The translations under genes were made by a program, and so were the position numbers. From Campylobacterota bacterium (GTDB taxonomy: Bacteria; Campylobacterota; Campylobacteria; Campylobacterales; Arcobacteraceae), in the NCBI GenBank assembly GCA_034723795.1, contig JAYEPG010000214.1, positions 1 to 53,754 on the forward strand: 53,754 nt of DNA, read 5' to 3'. Numbering within the stretch: position 1 is the first letter of the stretch; the number at the start of each line of letters is the position of its first letter. Of this stretch, positions 29,062-39,522 are shown piece after piece. Below the pieces are notes generated by a model. It was given only the letters and a program-made list of their open reading frames with translations. It had not been told where the DNA came from and searched no databases.

Positions 29062-30863
29062 ATGAAATATAAAGGTTCTATAAAAAAAGACTAATAGGTA
29101 TTATTTTACTTGTTGCTACATTAACAAGTTTAATTGGTTATGGTAGTTTTGTATATTGGTATATGGACAATCAACAAAATAGATCTTTAAAGTTAGCAAA
29201 AACAGTAGGAGTTGTACTTAGTCAAGATATAGCAAAACTTGTATTATTAAATGAAGTATCTGCAGCAGCAGATATATCCTCAAAACTTAAATCATTTACC
29301 AATTTAAATACAATGGTTCTATATAAACTTGATACAAAAGCAGTATTTCAATATAGCAAAGATGATAAAAGCTTTATCGTTGATACATTGCCAAGTGAAT
29401 CAAAAAGAGAATCGATTATAATAAAAAATAATATGAAACTTTATATAAATGCATCATATCAAGATACCCATTTGGGGTATGTACAATTAAATTTTAAAAT
29501 TGAAACTATTCGGGATGTTATTAAAAAAAATATACAAATGCTTTTATTTATATTATCTTTTATGTTTATAATATCATATATTTTGGCAATATTTTATGCA
29601 AAAAGATTTACACAGCCAATATTAAAACTAGTAAAGTTTTTAGAAAAGATTGAAGAAGTTGATAGTTTAAGCAAAAGAGTTTATACAAAACAAAATAACG
29701 AGTATGGAAAACTATATGAAGAGGTAAATACAATGCTTGAGAGAATTAATAGTTCCCAAGAGGCATTGAAAATTGCAGCAGTTTCTTTTGAAACACAAAA
29801 TGGTATGACAATTACTGATAAAGATATGAAAATTCTACAAGTTAATAAAGCATTTAGTAATATTACTGGATATAAACAAGAAGAGGCTATTGGCAATACA
29901 CCAAGTATCTTAAAATCAGGTATGCAAGATGAACTATTTTATAAGAATATGCATAACTCTTTATCTCAGAACCATTTTTGGAGTGGTGAGATAAATAATC
30001 GTCATAAAGATGGAACTATCTTAAAAGAGTATCTTACTATTCAAGTTGTACTTGATGATAATAATGAAATTAAATATTATGTTGCATCATTTTCAGATAT
30101 AACTTTACAAAAAGCAACAGAAGCTAAGCTAAAAGAGAAAGAAACTATTCTTGTACAGCAGTCAAAAATGGCAGCAATGGGTGAGATGCTGGAAAATATA
30201 GCTCATCAATGGAGACAACCATTATCTGTTATATCAACTGTTTCTACAGGTTTATTAACAAAAAGAGAGTATGAGATAGAAGTTACAAAAGAGGAAGAGA
30301 TAGATTCTCTTAATAAAATAAATGCTACTACCCAATATCTGTCTCAAACAATTAATGATTTTAGAGATTTTTTTAAGCCAAATAAAGAAAAAGTTGAATT
30401 TAATTTAAAAGATTGTTATAAAAAAACTTTGAATCTTGTAAATTCAAAGTTTGCATCTTTAGATATTGAAGCTATAGAAAACTTAGAAGATATAAATTTA
30501 AATAATTTAGATAATGAACTTATGCAAGTTATGATGAATATATTTAATAATGCTAGAGATGTATTAGAAACAAAAGATGGAAAAAGATTTATCTTTGTTG
30601 AAATATGTAAAGAAGATAACAGTGCAGTAATTAAAATAAGAGATAACGCAGGTGGAATACCACAAGATATAATAAATAAAGTATTTGAACCATACTTTAC
30701 AACCAAACATAAATCTCAAGGTACAGGGATAGGGTTATATGTGTCTAATGAGATGATAGAGAAGCATCTTAAAGGTTTATTGCAAGTTGATAATAGAACT
30801 TACTATTATAATGACGTTGAGTACAAGGGAGCTTGTTTTAGAATAACTTTACCACTTGATTAA
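29062..30863 (+). CDS. Sensor histidine kinase (TM-periplasmic-TM-HAMP-PAS-HisKA-HATPase), frameshifted at an A7 tract near its start
   Basis: Main ORF 29163-30863 (IAHQWRQPL, DNAGGIP, GTGIGL). ATG 29062 and the first TM helix join it if A7 at 29082-29088 is A8. Confidence 0.85.
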
Positions 30864-30910
30864 AATAAATAAGTGGGTAAGAGTAAGTTTTTTACAAAAA
30901 AACTAAAAGT

Positions 30911-32101
30911 TTAATATAAAAATCCAAATAAATATAACGGGATTTTATTTTTGAATCCTACCTCAATATTATCAGCAGCAACATAAGAATTATTTAAATC
31001 TTTGATTTGTTCAAATCCTTTATTTTTACCACCTATTTCAAATATATATTTTTCATCAACAATAAAATCTCCATTTTTAGGATATGATACATCAAATCTT
31101 TCACTTAGCATATTTAAAAAGAATTGTTCTCTAACTGTTCCTTGTTCATTTGATTGACAATAACTAAAGCTTAGATTTGGATTATTAAGATATAGTTTTT
31201 GTGGTTTAGAAAAAATATTATCACCTTTAGTTTTTGCTTTTAGAGAACTAAATATATTTCCCATAGTTAAATAATGAATATATTGATAAAGTGTATTTCT
31301 GTTTATAGATATTTTTTTTGATAAATTTGTGATATTTAGTTCATAAGGTTTTGATGAACATATTAAATTTACTAGTTGTTTTAGTTTTTGGATATTTTGA
31401 GGTTCTATATTAAATATAATTGGTAAATCACTTTCTATTACAGCATTTACAGTTTCCTCTAATTTTATACTATATGTTTCATTATTTTCAAAATAATATG
31501 GAAAGTATCCATATTCTAAATACTCTTTAAAGTATTCAAATGGTTTTATTTTAGAAGTTATTTCATCTGCTATTTCGATATGATTTCCCAGTATATCTTC
31601 AATGGAATAATAGTTAAACTTTATGTTTAATTTTAATTCTAAAAATTCTCTAAAAGATAAACCTTTAACCCTATATAAAACAGCTCTACGACTTAAATCT
31701 GCTTTTTTATGTTCTAGTTGCAAAGCACTAGAGCCACTAAATATAATTTTTAAATCTAAAAAATCATATATCTCTTTTAACTCTTTTTCAAAATCTTTAT
31801 ATTTGTGTATTTCATCTATTGCTAATACTTTACCACCAGATTTTGAAAACTCTTCTGCTATATCATACAGAGATATAGAACTAGTGATAATACTATCAGC
31901 ACTAAAATATAGCTTTTTACTTTTTGGTAAATTTAAAGAATTAAGATATTGGATAATAACAGTAGTTTTACCAACCCCACGACTCCCTAAAATACCTACC
32001 ATTTTATCATCAAAATTAATAGTGTGATAAAAATATCTTTTGTATAAATAATTTTGAAGTTTTAGTATTTGGTTTGATTTAGTAAAAAGTTTATCTAACA
32101 T
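30911..32101 (-). CDS. AAA+ ATPase (AAA_14/DUF4143-type)
   Basis: GSRGVGKTT, LAIDEIHKY, FSGSS, ADLSRR, GLSFREF, FEIGGKNK; start placed at MLDK behind RBS AAAGG. Confidence 0.85.
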   Translation of the reverse strand: MLDKLFTKSNQILKLQNYLYKRYFYHTINFDDKMVGILGSRGVGKTTVIIQYLNSLNLPKSKKLYFSADSIITSSISLYDIAEEFSKSGGKVLAIDEIHKYKDFEKELKEIYDFLDLKIIFSGSSALQLEHKKADLSRRAVLYRVKGLSFREFLELKLNIKFNYYSIEDILGNHIEIADEITSKIKPFEYFKEYLEYGYFPYYFENNETYSIKLEETVNAVIESDLPIIFNIEPQNIQKLKQLVNLICSSKPYELNITNLSKKISINRNTLYQYIHYLTMGNIFSSLKAKTKGDNIFSKPQKLYLNNPNLSFSYCQSNEQGTVREQFFLNMLSERFDVSYPKNGDFIVDEKYIFEIGGKNKGFEQIKDLNNSYVAADNIEVGFKNKIPLYLFGFLY

Positions 32102-32200
32102 ATAGTTACCTTTTGTATGGTTCATTAAGCAATATTGTAATATATTGTTCTTTATACTATTATTATAGGTAAAATATTCAAATAATACCTAAGACTATTT

Positions 32201-33826
32201 TTATTTTTTCTTCTTTTGTTGATGAAATTGTAAGTTAAATTTTATCTCAATTTTATCTTTTACTTTTGCAAACTCTACTGGATATTTTATATTTAAAGGT
32301 ATCTCTTTTTTGTTTAGTTTAGCAATAAAATCAAAAAACTCTTTTGGTGTATTTACTAAAGAGGTTATATTATAGTTATATGTTATAAACTTCTCTTGTA
32401 TTTTAGAGATATATTTAACATTTGAATCTTTAATCACAATTGAGTTTAAATACTCTGTAAACTTTGATATAGTCATAAACTCATGTTTTTGATACTTTAG
32501 TTTTGTATATTTGCTTTTTTCTTTTTTTAGGGCTTTGTATCCGTCATTTGAAATTATTGTGCTTATTATTGCTTTATTGTTGTGTTGTAATATGATTTTT
32601 GATTCATCATATATTTTTGATAGTTTTTTAATCATCTCTTGGGAAGCATTTGAGTCAATAGCAAAGTTACAAACAAATGTTGAACTGTTTTTTCTTAGTT
32701 CTAATTCAAGTAAAACTGCATCAAAAGGGATAAGGTCAAAAAACATTAATGTTCTTTCAAGAACTTTCGTATTTAAAAGGTTATGATTAGGTAGTTTTAT
32801 TACAGTTTCAACAATCTCTTTTTTTTCAATTTTTGTTGTCTCTTTAACTTTTTCAACTTTAGTTTTTGTCTCTTTAATATCTTCTTGAGTATTTGATATT
32901 TTATAAAATAATATACCACCAATTGTAAGTATAGTCATAACAAGAAGTGCAATCCATAGGATACTTGAGTTGGTTGATTTTTTTACTCTTGCAGATAAAA
33001 AACTATAGTTTGCAACAGTTGGTTTTTGGATCAAATTATCAAAAGACTCTTCAATAGATATAGGTGTATAGTTTATATCAATCATAACTAAATCATGTAT
33101 CATCTCTATTTGTTCATCTGATAATTGTTTTACATTATAAAATATATTTAATTTCTCTAAAAAAGATGTCTCTTCATCACCAGACACATCTTCATAATAT
33201 TTTTCAATTATTTCACTAATAACTTGTTGAAGTTCTAAAAAGTAAACCTCTTCATAAAGCTTTTGACCAACTATATCATCTCCATAAAAATTAGAATCTT
33301 TAATATTATCAAATGGTGTTAGTGATTGAGTATATCCTTTATTTATCTCTTTATTCTCATCTAAAATTAAAGCATAAACCATATTGTTGTAAAGTAAGAT
33401 ATTTAAAGAGTTTTTTGATAATAACTTATTTGAATGCTCATTTAGTATACTAAAAGGTGATAACAAATAATCTAATCCAGAAGTTTGAAAAAAACTAGCA
33501 GAACGTTCAATATCTTTTGTTGGAATAGCTACAGAAATTTTTTCATTTAAAGCTACGCTTTTATATTTATTTTTATCAATTTGGCTATTTAGTTCTATAA
33601 CTTGATTTTTATCTGTATATAATGTACTTAAATATGTTTTATTAATATCTTTTTGTAATGTATCAAGTTTAAAAATAGCATCTTTTGAAATCTCATTATT
33701 GTTAAGTAAAAATGATGAAACTTCTTGTTTAACAATCTTTTTATCTTGCAAAATTTTATAATCTATTTTAAGTTGTTTATCTTGTGTTAGTATATTTACA
33801 TATTGTTCTTTATTGTTTTTATACAT
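32201..33826 (-). CDS. Bitopic membrane protein of unknown function (GspL/PilMN-like topology)
   Basis: 541 aa with a single central TM (ILWIALLVMTILTIGGILFY); no diagnostic motif. Confidence 0.7.
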   Translation of the reverse strand: MYKNNKEQYVNILTQDKQLKIDYKILQDKKIVKQEVSSFLLNNNEISKDAIFKLDTLQKDINKTYLSTLYTDKNQVIELNSQIDKNKYKSVALNEKISVAIPTKDIERSASFFQTSGLDYLLSPFSILNEHSNKLLSKNSLNILLYNNMVYALILDENKEINKGYTQSLTPFDNIKDSNFYGDDIVGQKLYEEVYFLELQQVISEIIEKYYEDVSGDEETSFLEKLNIFYNVKQLSDEQIEMIHDLVMIDINYTPISIEESFDNLIQKPTVANYSFLSARVKKSTNSSILWIALLVMTILTIGGILFYKISNTQEDIKETKTKVEKVKETTKIEKKEIVETVIKLPNHNLLNTKVLERTLMFFDLIPFDAVLLELELRKNSSTFVCNFAIDSNASQEMIKKLSKIYDESKIILQHNNKAIISTIISNDGYKALKKEKSKYTKLKYQKHEFMTISKFTEYLNSIVIKDSNVKYISKIQEKFITYNYNITSLVNTPKEFFDFIAKLNKKEIPLNIKYPVEFAKVKDKIEIKFNLQFHQQKKKK

Positions 33827-33930
33827 TTCTTTTAGACCTATAATTATATTTTATTTAGTGGATAAGATGCATTATACTATTTTAACTTTTTATTTGCGGT
33901 TAATTTGCTTTAAAAAATATTTTGTTTATT

Positions 33931-34875
33931 TTATAACCAAACACCATTTTTAATATAATAAATTGTAGGATAAGCTGTTACAATAAAAGTGTAAAATATT
34001 ATAAATAAAATAGATATTTTATAGTAGTTTACCTTTTTAAAAAATGGGGTAGCCAAACCAAAAAATGTACCTGCAAATAGAGTTGAGTATATTAAATAAC
34101 CAACATAATAATAATCTTTTTGTAAAAAACAAAATGGACAATGATGAGTTGGGAGTTCATAAATATATGTACCAAAAATAGATATTAAAGATATGATAGC
34201 AATAATTAAAAACAAAATATTTAAAATAGCATATACATAACTGTTTTTATAAAAATAAAATATTATTAAAAGTATAAAGTTACCATAAAATAAACCTAAC
34301 AGTACTAAAGGTTCTATTTGAAAAAGTGTTGATATATATGATGCGGATGTTGCACTATATAAAGTTCCGCAACAACTTACCATGACAGCTGGATCAATTG
34401 ATGCAAACATAATAGTTTCTAATATCAACTCTGTTAAAAAAACTAAAAAAGCTAAAATAAAAAAACCAAACTTTAGTTTAGTATATGGTAAGTGTTCATT
34501 TGATATATCAAGTTTATGTAAAATCAACCAAAATCCAAAAAGATATAAGTTAATGATTTTTAGTATAAATAGGTACATTCCATATTCTGTGGCGTCAACT
34601 ACTCCTGCTGCACACATAGCACCAGTTAGAACTGTTGATACCTTATCAAGTGTAAAAATAAAGAATAAAAAAAGTGGTAACTTAATAGCAAAAATATATT
34701 TTATAATTGTGGCAGTTAGGTAGCTGTTTTTTTCTAGTTTGTATTGTTTTTGTTTATTTGAGTTTAAATCCCATCCTAAATATATCTTAATACTTAAGAT
34801 AAATGCAACTGTAGCAAAAGCTAAGAATATTGTATTTAGAATAAAAATAGCAAGTATTTCAGGTGTCAATATCAC
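33931..34875 (-). CDS. Polytopic membrane protein with Cys/His motifs
   Basis: About 8 TM segments; TGAMCAAG, VSCCG, ELPTHHCPFC; GTG start overlaps the ATPase stop. Confidence 0.8.
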   Translation of the reverse strand: MILTPEILAIFILNTIFLAFATVAFILSIKIYLGWDLNSNKQKQYKLEKNSYLTATIIKYIFAIKLPLFLFFIFTLDKVSTVLTGAMCAAGVVDATEYGMYLFILKIINLYLFGFWLILHKLDISNEHLPYTKLKFGFFILAFLVFLTELILETIMFASIDPAVMVSCCGTLYSATSASYISTLFQIEPLVLLGLFYGNFILLIIFYFYKNSYVYAILNILFLIIAIISLISIFGTYIYELPTHHCPFCFLQKDYYYVGYLIYSTLFAGTFFGLATPFFKKVNYYKISILFIIFYTFIVTAYPTIYYIKNGVWL

Positions 34876-35543
34876 GATATAATTTTTCCATTTTTAACAT
34901 CTATAATATTATCAACAAAATCAAGGTCAAAAAATAGAGGATCGTGTGTAGCTATTATTATAGTTTTGTTTGTTTGTTTTAGTTGTTTTAATATCTCAAT
35001 AAAATTTAATGACAACTTTTCATCAAGATTTGCAGTTGGTTCATCAGCTATAATAATCTTTGGGTCATTTATCATGCTTCTTGATATGGCAACTCTTTGT
35101 TGCTCTCCACCTGAAAGGTTTTTTACTGTTATGTTTTTTTTATGGATAATATTAAATTTTTCCATTACATAGTGCAGTTTTTTTTCTATATTTTCTTCAT
35201 CTGGATTATCTGGAATAAGTGGAACTAAAATATTATCTTGAACACTTAGTGTAGGAATAAGGTTATACTTTTGGAAAATAAATCCTATATTTTTGCGTCT
35301 ATAAAGTGATAAAAAATCATCAGGAAGTTTTGATATTCTTTTATCATCAACTATAACTTCACCATTTGTAGGTTTACAAAGCCCAGCAATTAAAGATAAA
35401 ATAGTACTTTTACCACTTCCACTAGCACCTTTTAAAACTATCAATTCACCTTCGTTTATACTAAGATTTATATCGTTAATAGCTGTAACACTATTGTTTT
35501 TATTTATCTCATAAGTTTTTGTTACATTATTTAGTTTTATCAT
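34872..35543 (-). CDS. ABC transporter ATP-binding protein (LolD-like)
   Basis: GASGSGKST, IGFIFQ, LSGGEQQRV, ADEPTANLD, ATHD. Confidence 0.95.
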   Translation of the reverse strand: MIKLNNVTKTYEINKNNSVTAINDINLSINEGELIVLKGASGSGKSTILSLIAGLCKPTNGEVIVDDKRISKLPDDFLSLYRRKNIGFIFQKYNLIPTLSVQDNILVPLIPDNPDEENIEKKLHYVMEKFNIIHKKNITVKNLSGGEQQRVAISRSMINDPKIIIADEPTANLDEKLSLNFIEILKQLKQTNKTIIIATHDPLFFDLDFVDNIIDVKNGKIIS

Positions 35544-35566
35544 TTTATACTCTTATTTAAATTATC

Positions 35567-36853
35567 CTAGAACTTGTAAGATAAAATTATTCTACTTCTT
35601 TGCTTTTTTTCTTGAAGTATATTTATATCTTTTACTGTTGAAAACTGTGTAGTTAGAGTTAGATTCTTTGAAAAATAACCCTTAAATTGTACGTAGTTTT
35701 CTATTGTTTTTTGTTTAGTTGCTTGGATACCGTTATCTTTTCCAATATCATATCTTATATGTGCTGCAACAGCTGTAAGTGGAAATGAACCAAAATAAAA
35801 TGTATTTACAAATAGTAGTTGTTGAGATAATGTATCTGCTATAAATGCATGAGCAGTAAGTGCTCCTACAATCCATGCTGGTCTATTTGAAAATGGACTT
35901 ATCAAAGTACCATTGTATTTTGCATCTTTATTTGATGCAGTTTGACTTATTCTGTATTTCAAATAGAATCTATCTTTTGAAAATTTATATTGTGCTTGAT
36001 AAAGTTGTGAATTAATATTATCATTAAAGTGATTGTCTCCAACCTCATTTTGTGTTATAAATCCAAATTTTAAACTGTTTTCTACATCCTTGTATTTATG
36101 GTTTAGCCTTCCTATAATATTAAAGGTGTTAAAGAAGTTATCTACATAAAGGTTTTCAACTTTGATATAAGTTTTATCGTCACCATATTTTATATTTAAG
36201 TTTAATGCACCTTTTGTTGGTTTGTTATCTCCTATAATATACTCTGAAATATCTGTAAATTCACCAATATTATACCCCATACCATACCCCAATATTCCAT
36301 AGGTGTGATTTTTAGATACTTCTGATGATAAAACTGAAGCTGCGACTTTATTAAAATAAAACCCATCAATTTTAAAATCATCTTTTTTATACTCAACTAA
36401 TACACCAGAATAACTGTTTGTTGTAATTCTTTCATTATTATTTACTAAGCTATTGTTGTATTGTTGTCTCCCTAGTTTAATTGCTATATTTTCAAAGTTT
36501 GTACCTATATATGCATCTGAAAGATATGAGTATCCTACGAAGTTATTATTTAAAAACTGATCCTCATAATCCTTTACTGCTTCATCGTTATCTTTTGATT
36601 TTGCTAATGCTTGAATTGCTAAACCTAAATCATAGTTTTCAAAAGATGCAATAGCTCCAGCTTTACCACCTATAAAGTAGTCTCCATCGGAACTACTTTT
36701 TGTTTTATATATACTTTGACCCAATGGTGTGTAATCTTTGTCTATATACCTGTGTTCTATTGTTAAGTCAATTATTGGTTTTATATCTAACTTATTATTT
36801 GCATCTATTGATGATGTTAAAAAAAGAACTATGAAAAAGAAGTTTAATTTCAT
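35567..36853 (-). CDS. Outer-membrane porin (OprD/major OMP-like)
   Basis: Signal peptide; LSDAYIG..IKLGRQQ..LVN motif; C-terminal RIILSYKF. Confidence 0.75.
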   Translation of the reverse strand: MKLNFFFIVLFLTSSIDANNKLDIKPIIDLTIEHRYIDKDYTPLGQSIYKTKSSSDGDYFIGGKAGAIASFENYDLGLAIQALAKSKDNDEAVKDYEDQFLNNNFVGYSYLSDAYIGTNFENIAIKLGRQQYNNSLVNNNERITTNSYSGVLVEYKKDDFKIDGFYFNKVAASVLSSEVSKNHTYGILGYGMGYNIGEFTDISEYIIGDNKPTKGALNLNIKYGDDKTYIKVENLYVDNFFNTFNIIGRLNHKYKDVENSLKFGFITQNEVGDNHFNDNINSQLYQAQYKFSKDRFYLKYRISQTASNKDAKYNGTLISPFSNRPAWIVGALTAHAFIADTLSQQLLFVNTFYFGSFPLTAVAAHIRYDIGKDNGIQATKQKTIENYVQFKGYFSKNLTLTTQFSTVKDINILQEKKQRSRIILSYKF

Positions 36854-36887
36854 ATATTTATATCCTTGTAGTTTGTATTAAAAAGTG

Positions 36888-36896
36888 ATTCTACCA
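36888..36896 (-). promoter_or_regulatory. Extended -10 promoter upstream of the porin gene
   Basis: Minus strand TGGTAGAAT ahead of RBS AAGGA. Confidence 0.5.
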
Positions 36897-36910
36897 TATA
36901 ATAAGTTTAA

Positions 36911-38092
36911 TTATCTAATCACTTCATCGGCATCTAAAGTAGCAGTTTTCCAAGATGGAATAATAGTAGCAGCTATATAAATAGGGATAGTTATAAAAAA
37001 CACTAAAGTTAAAATCTGAAAATCAACAACAAAAGGTAGGTCAAATGTTGTTTTTAGTTGAGAGTACCCCTCGAATATATCTCTTAAAAGTGGTGCATTT
37101 AAAAAGTATACAAAACAAAAAGCTATAATAATACCTAAAATATAAGCTATAAATGAGATGATAAAACTCTCATAAAATTTCTCCTTTAGTATATCATCCA
37201 CTTTCCAACCAAGTGCTTTTAGTATCCCTATCTCTGTTTTTTCTGATGAAGTTAAGCCACTAGTTTTATCATATATAATGATAAAAAATGTAAAAAGTGA
37301 GATGATAAATAAAGCTAAAAATAATCCACTTTTATAATCGAAAATATTTTGATAACTAACTTTAAAATCTTCATTTGTGATGATTCTGGTATCTGGATAT
37401 AACATTTTTATTTTATTTACTATTGTTTCAAGTTCATTTGGATTTGAAACTTTTACAACTATATCACTTGCTTTTTCTTCATTTGTTCCTAGTATTTCAT
37501 AAGCTAAATCTTTTGCAACTATTATCATATCGTTACTTTGTAACTCAATGTCGCTGTTAAATACTCCACCAATTTTAACTTTTTTAAAACTACCATCACT
37601 AAGTATAAAGTTAAAATAATCTTTATAAAAGTTCTCATCAAGTGTCTTTTTAACACCACTTCCAACTAACATAAACTCATTATCCAATATATCTGTTTTT
37701 GTTTCATCATTTACAATTTTTGTTAAACTATTTGTGTATTGTGATTCATAGTTGTCTATACCCATAATGGAAAAGTTTACACCTGCATTTTCAAAATAGT
37801 AGTATCCCCAAACCCTAGCAGTTACATCTTCTACCCCAGCAATAGCAATAATATCATCAGTTCGTGAACTCTCTATATCAACAACTTTTCCAGCTTGTAG
37901 TTTTTGTATAGTAATAGCAGGAAGTTTATCTATTGTTAAGTTTAGTTCATGTTTTATAGAGTTTGATATTAAAAATATTGAAGTTATAAGTGATATTAAA
38001 AGTGTAAATATGATTAAGATAAAAATGTTTTTTGCTTTTTGTCTTAAAAGCGAATTTAAAGCGTATTCTATTAGGTATTTATTTATTGTCAT
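36911..38092 (-). CDS. ABC transporter permease (FtsX/LolC-E/MacB-like)
   Basis: One TM, large periplasmic domain, three TM; EKTEIGILKALGW; IIPSWKTATLD. Confidence 0.9.
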   Translation of the reverse strand: MTINKYLIEYALNSLLRQKAKNIFILIIFTLLISLITSIFLISNSIKHELNLTIDKLPAITIQKLQAGKVVDIESSRTDDIIAIAGVEDVTARVWGYYYFENAGVNFSIMGIDNYESQYTNSLTKIVNDETKTDILDNEFMLVGSGVKKTLDENFYKDYFNFILSDGSFKKVKIGGVFNSDIELQSNDMIIVAKDLAYEILGTNEEKASDIVVKVSNPNELETIVNKIKMLYPDTRIITNEDFKVSYQNIFDYKSGLFLALFIISLFTFFIIIYDKTSGLTSSEKTEIGILKALGWKVDDILKEKFYESFIISFIAYILGIIIAFCFVYFLNAPLLRDIFEGYSQLKTTFDLPFVVDFQILTLVFFITIPIYIAATIIPSWKTATLDADEVIR

Positions 38093-38378
38093 TTTGTATT
38101 ATACCTACATATGTTATAAAAGTAGTTGGAGCATACTCAAGGTGTTCTGGACCATCACTAAAAATAGAATTTATATCAGATAAACTTCTATGCCTTATAT
38201 ATCTAGCTTCTGTTGAGATGCTTAAGTCAGGTAGACCAATTGTTTTAACAAATAGATTCTTTTTTTCTATAGTTTTATCATCTGAACTATGATAAATATC
38301 TAAGATACTAACAACTACTACTAGTGTTGTTAATAGTAGTGTAGTAAAGATAAAAAGAAAGTTTGTTTTTTTATTCAT
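38079..38378 (-). CDS. Small membrane-anchored hypothetical protein
   Basis: N-terminal TM; GLPDLSISTEARYIRHRSL; overlaps both neighbours. Confidence 0.75.
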   Translation of the reverse strand: MNKKTNFLFIFTTLLLTTLVVVVSILDIYHSSDDKTIEKKNLFVKTIGLPDLSISTEARYIRHRSLSDINSIFSDGPEHLEYAPTTFITYVGIIQNDNK

Positions 38379-39519
38379 TAAAGTCTAATTTATAAACTTC
38401 ATCTTCAATTATATCATTAAACTTAATGATGCTTTTCCCAAAATGATCTTTTTTAAATGTTTGTGCATCTGATTCTAATTCAAATGGTATAAGTTCATGT
38501 CCCATAGGTCCATAAATATCACTTCTTATCACATAAAAAGCTTTTGTACCATCAATACCTTTTTGTGTATAATAATCTGTAACTAATATTTTAGTAATAT
38601 TCTCTATTTTAGCAATAGGATAGTGTCCCCATTTAGCAGAATCAAAATAGAACTTCATCAAATCTTTTACACCATCAAATGACCAATGGCGTTTATGTGT
38701 TCCGTTTTCATAAAATATTTGAGCAGCCCATCTTGGATACTTATAAGTAAACATACCACATACAGGACACTTCTCATTTTCTTTTACTTCAACTTTACCC
38801 TCAATCTCACCTAAGTCACCAAATCTTTTAACTTCCCAAATATATAATGAAACTGCTTGTAAATCTCTCTCTTTTAGAGGTTTACATAAATTTGAAGATA
38901 CAATATCATCTTTTAGTTCATTTATCTCTATATAGTTTGTAGGATCTATTTCATCTTTTTTACAAACTTTTTCGTATATCCTTTTACCCTTAGGGTATAC
39001 TTTTTTTTGCTTCTTTTTCTTTGTATTTGATATATCTGTTTTTAATGATTTTTGAGCCATCTTTAAAGCTTCATCGAAAGTTACAAGTTCACCTTTGTAT
39101 TTTTTTATAAAATTTAAAGCATCTTTTTTTTCTTTAAAGGCTAGTTTACTAACTTTTGACATAGTTCCTGATACTTTACTTTTTACAACATAAAAAGCAT
39201 CTTTGGCATCTATATATTTTTGAGACTCTACATCGATAACTTTTACAGTTTTTAACTCTATATCATATTCATTCATATCTTGAATTAAACATCTTATACT
39301 ACAATATTGCCTATTGTTGTTATTCATTTTTAATTTTGCAGTATATGATGTTTTATAAAAGTTCTCGATTTTCATACCACATACAGGACACCAGTGTTTA
39401 CCAACATCATCTTGAACCAAAACTGGTGTAACTGATGCTTTTTTAGAAAATGTAGCACCAGTTAAATTTGTTATAAATAGTATAGTTAAAAAAGATAAAA
39501 AAAGTATTTTTTTAAGCAT
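38371..39519 (-). CDS. Exported protein with two NosL-family domains
   Basis: CPVCGM..YCSIRC..IDAKDAFYV..GTMS and CPVCGM..FDGVKD..VTDYY..YGPMG. Confidence 0.85.
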   Translation of the reverse strand: MLKKILFLSFLTILFITNLTGATFSKKASVTPVLVQDDVGKHWCPVCGMKIENFYKTSYTAKLKMNNNNRQYCSIRCLIQDMNEYDIELKTVKVIDVESQKYIDAKDAFYVVKSKVSGTMSKVSKLAFKEKKDALNFIKKYKGELVTFDEALKMAQKSLKTDISNTKKKKQKKVYPKGKRIYEKVCKKDEIDPTNYIEINELKDDIVSSNLCKPLKERDLQAVSLYIWEVKRFGDLGEIEGKVEVKENEKCPVCGMFTYKYPRWAAQIFYENGTHKRHWSFDGVKDLMKFYFDSAKWGHYPIAKIENITKILVTDYYTQKGIDGTKAFYVIRSDIYGPMGHELIPFELESDAQTFKKDHFGKSIIKFNDIIEDEVYKLDFNE

Positions 39520-39522
39520 AAG

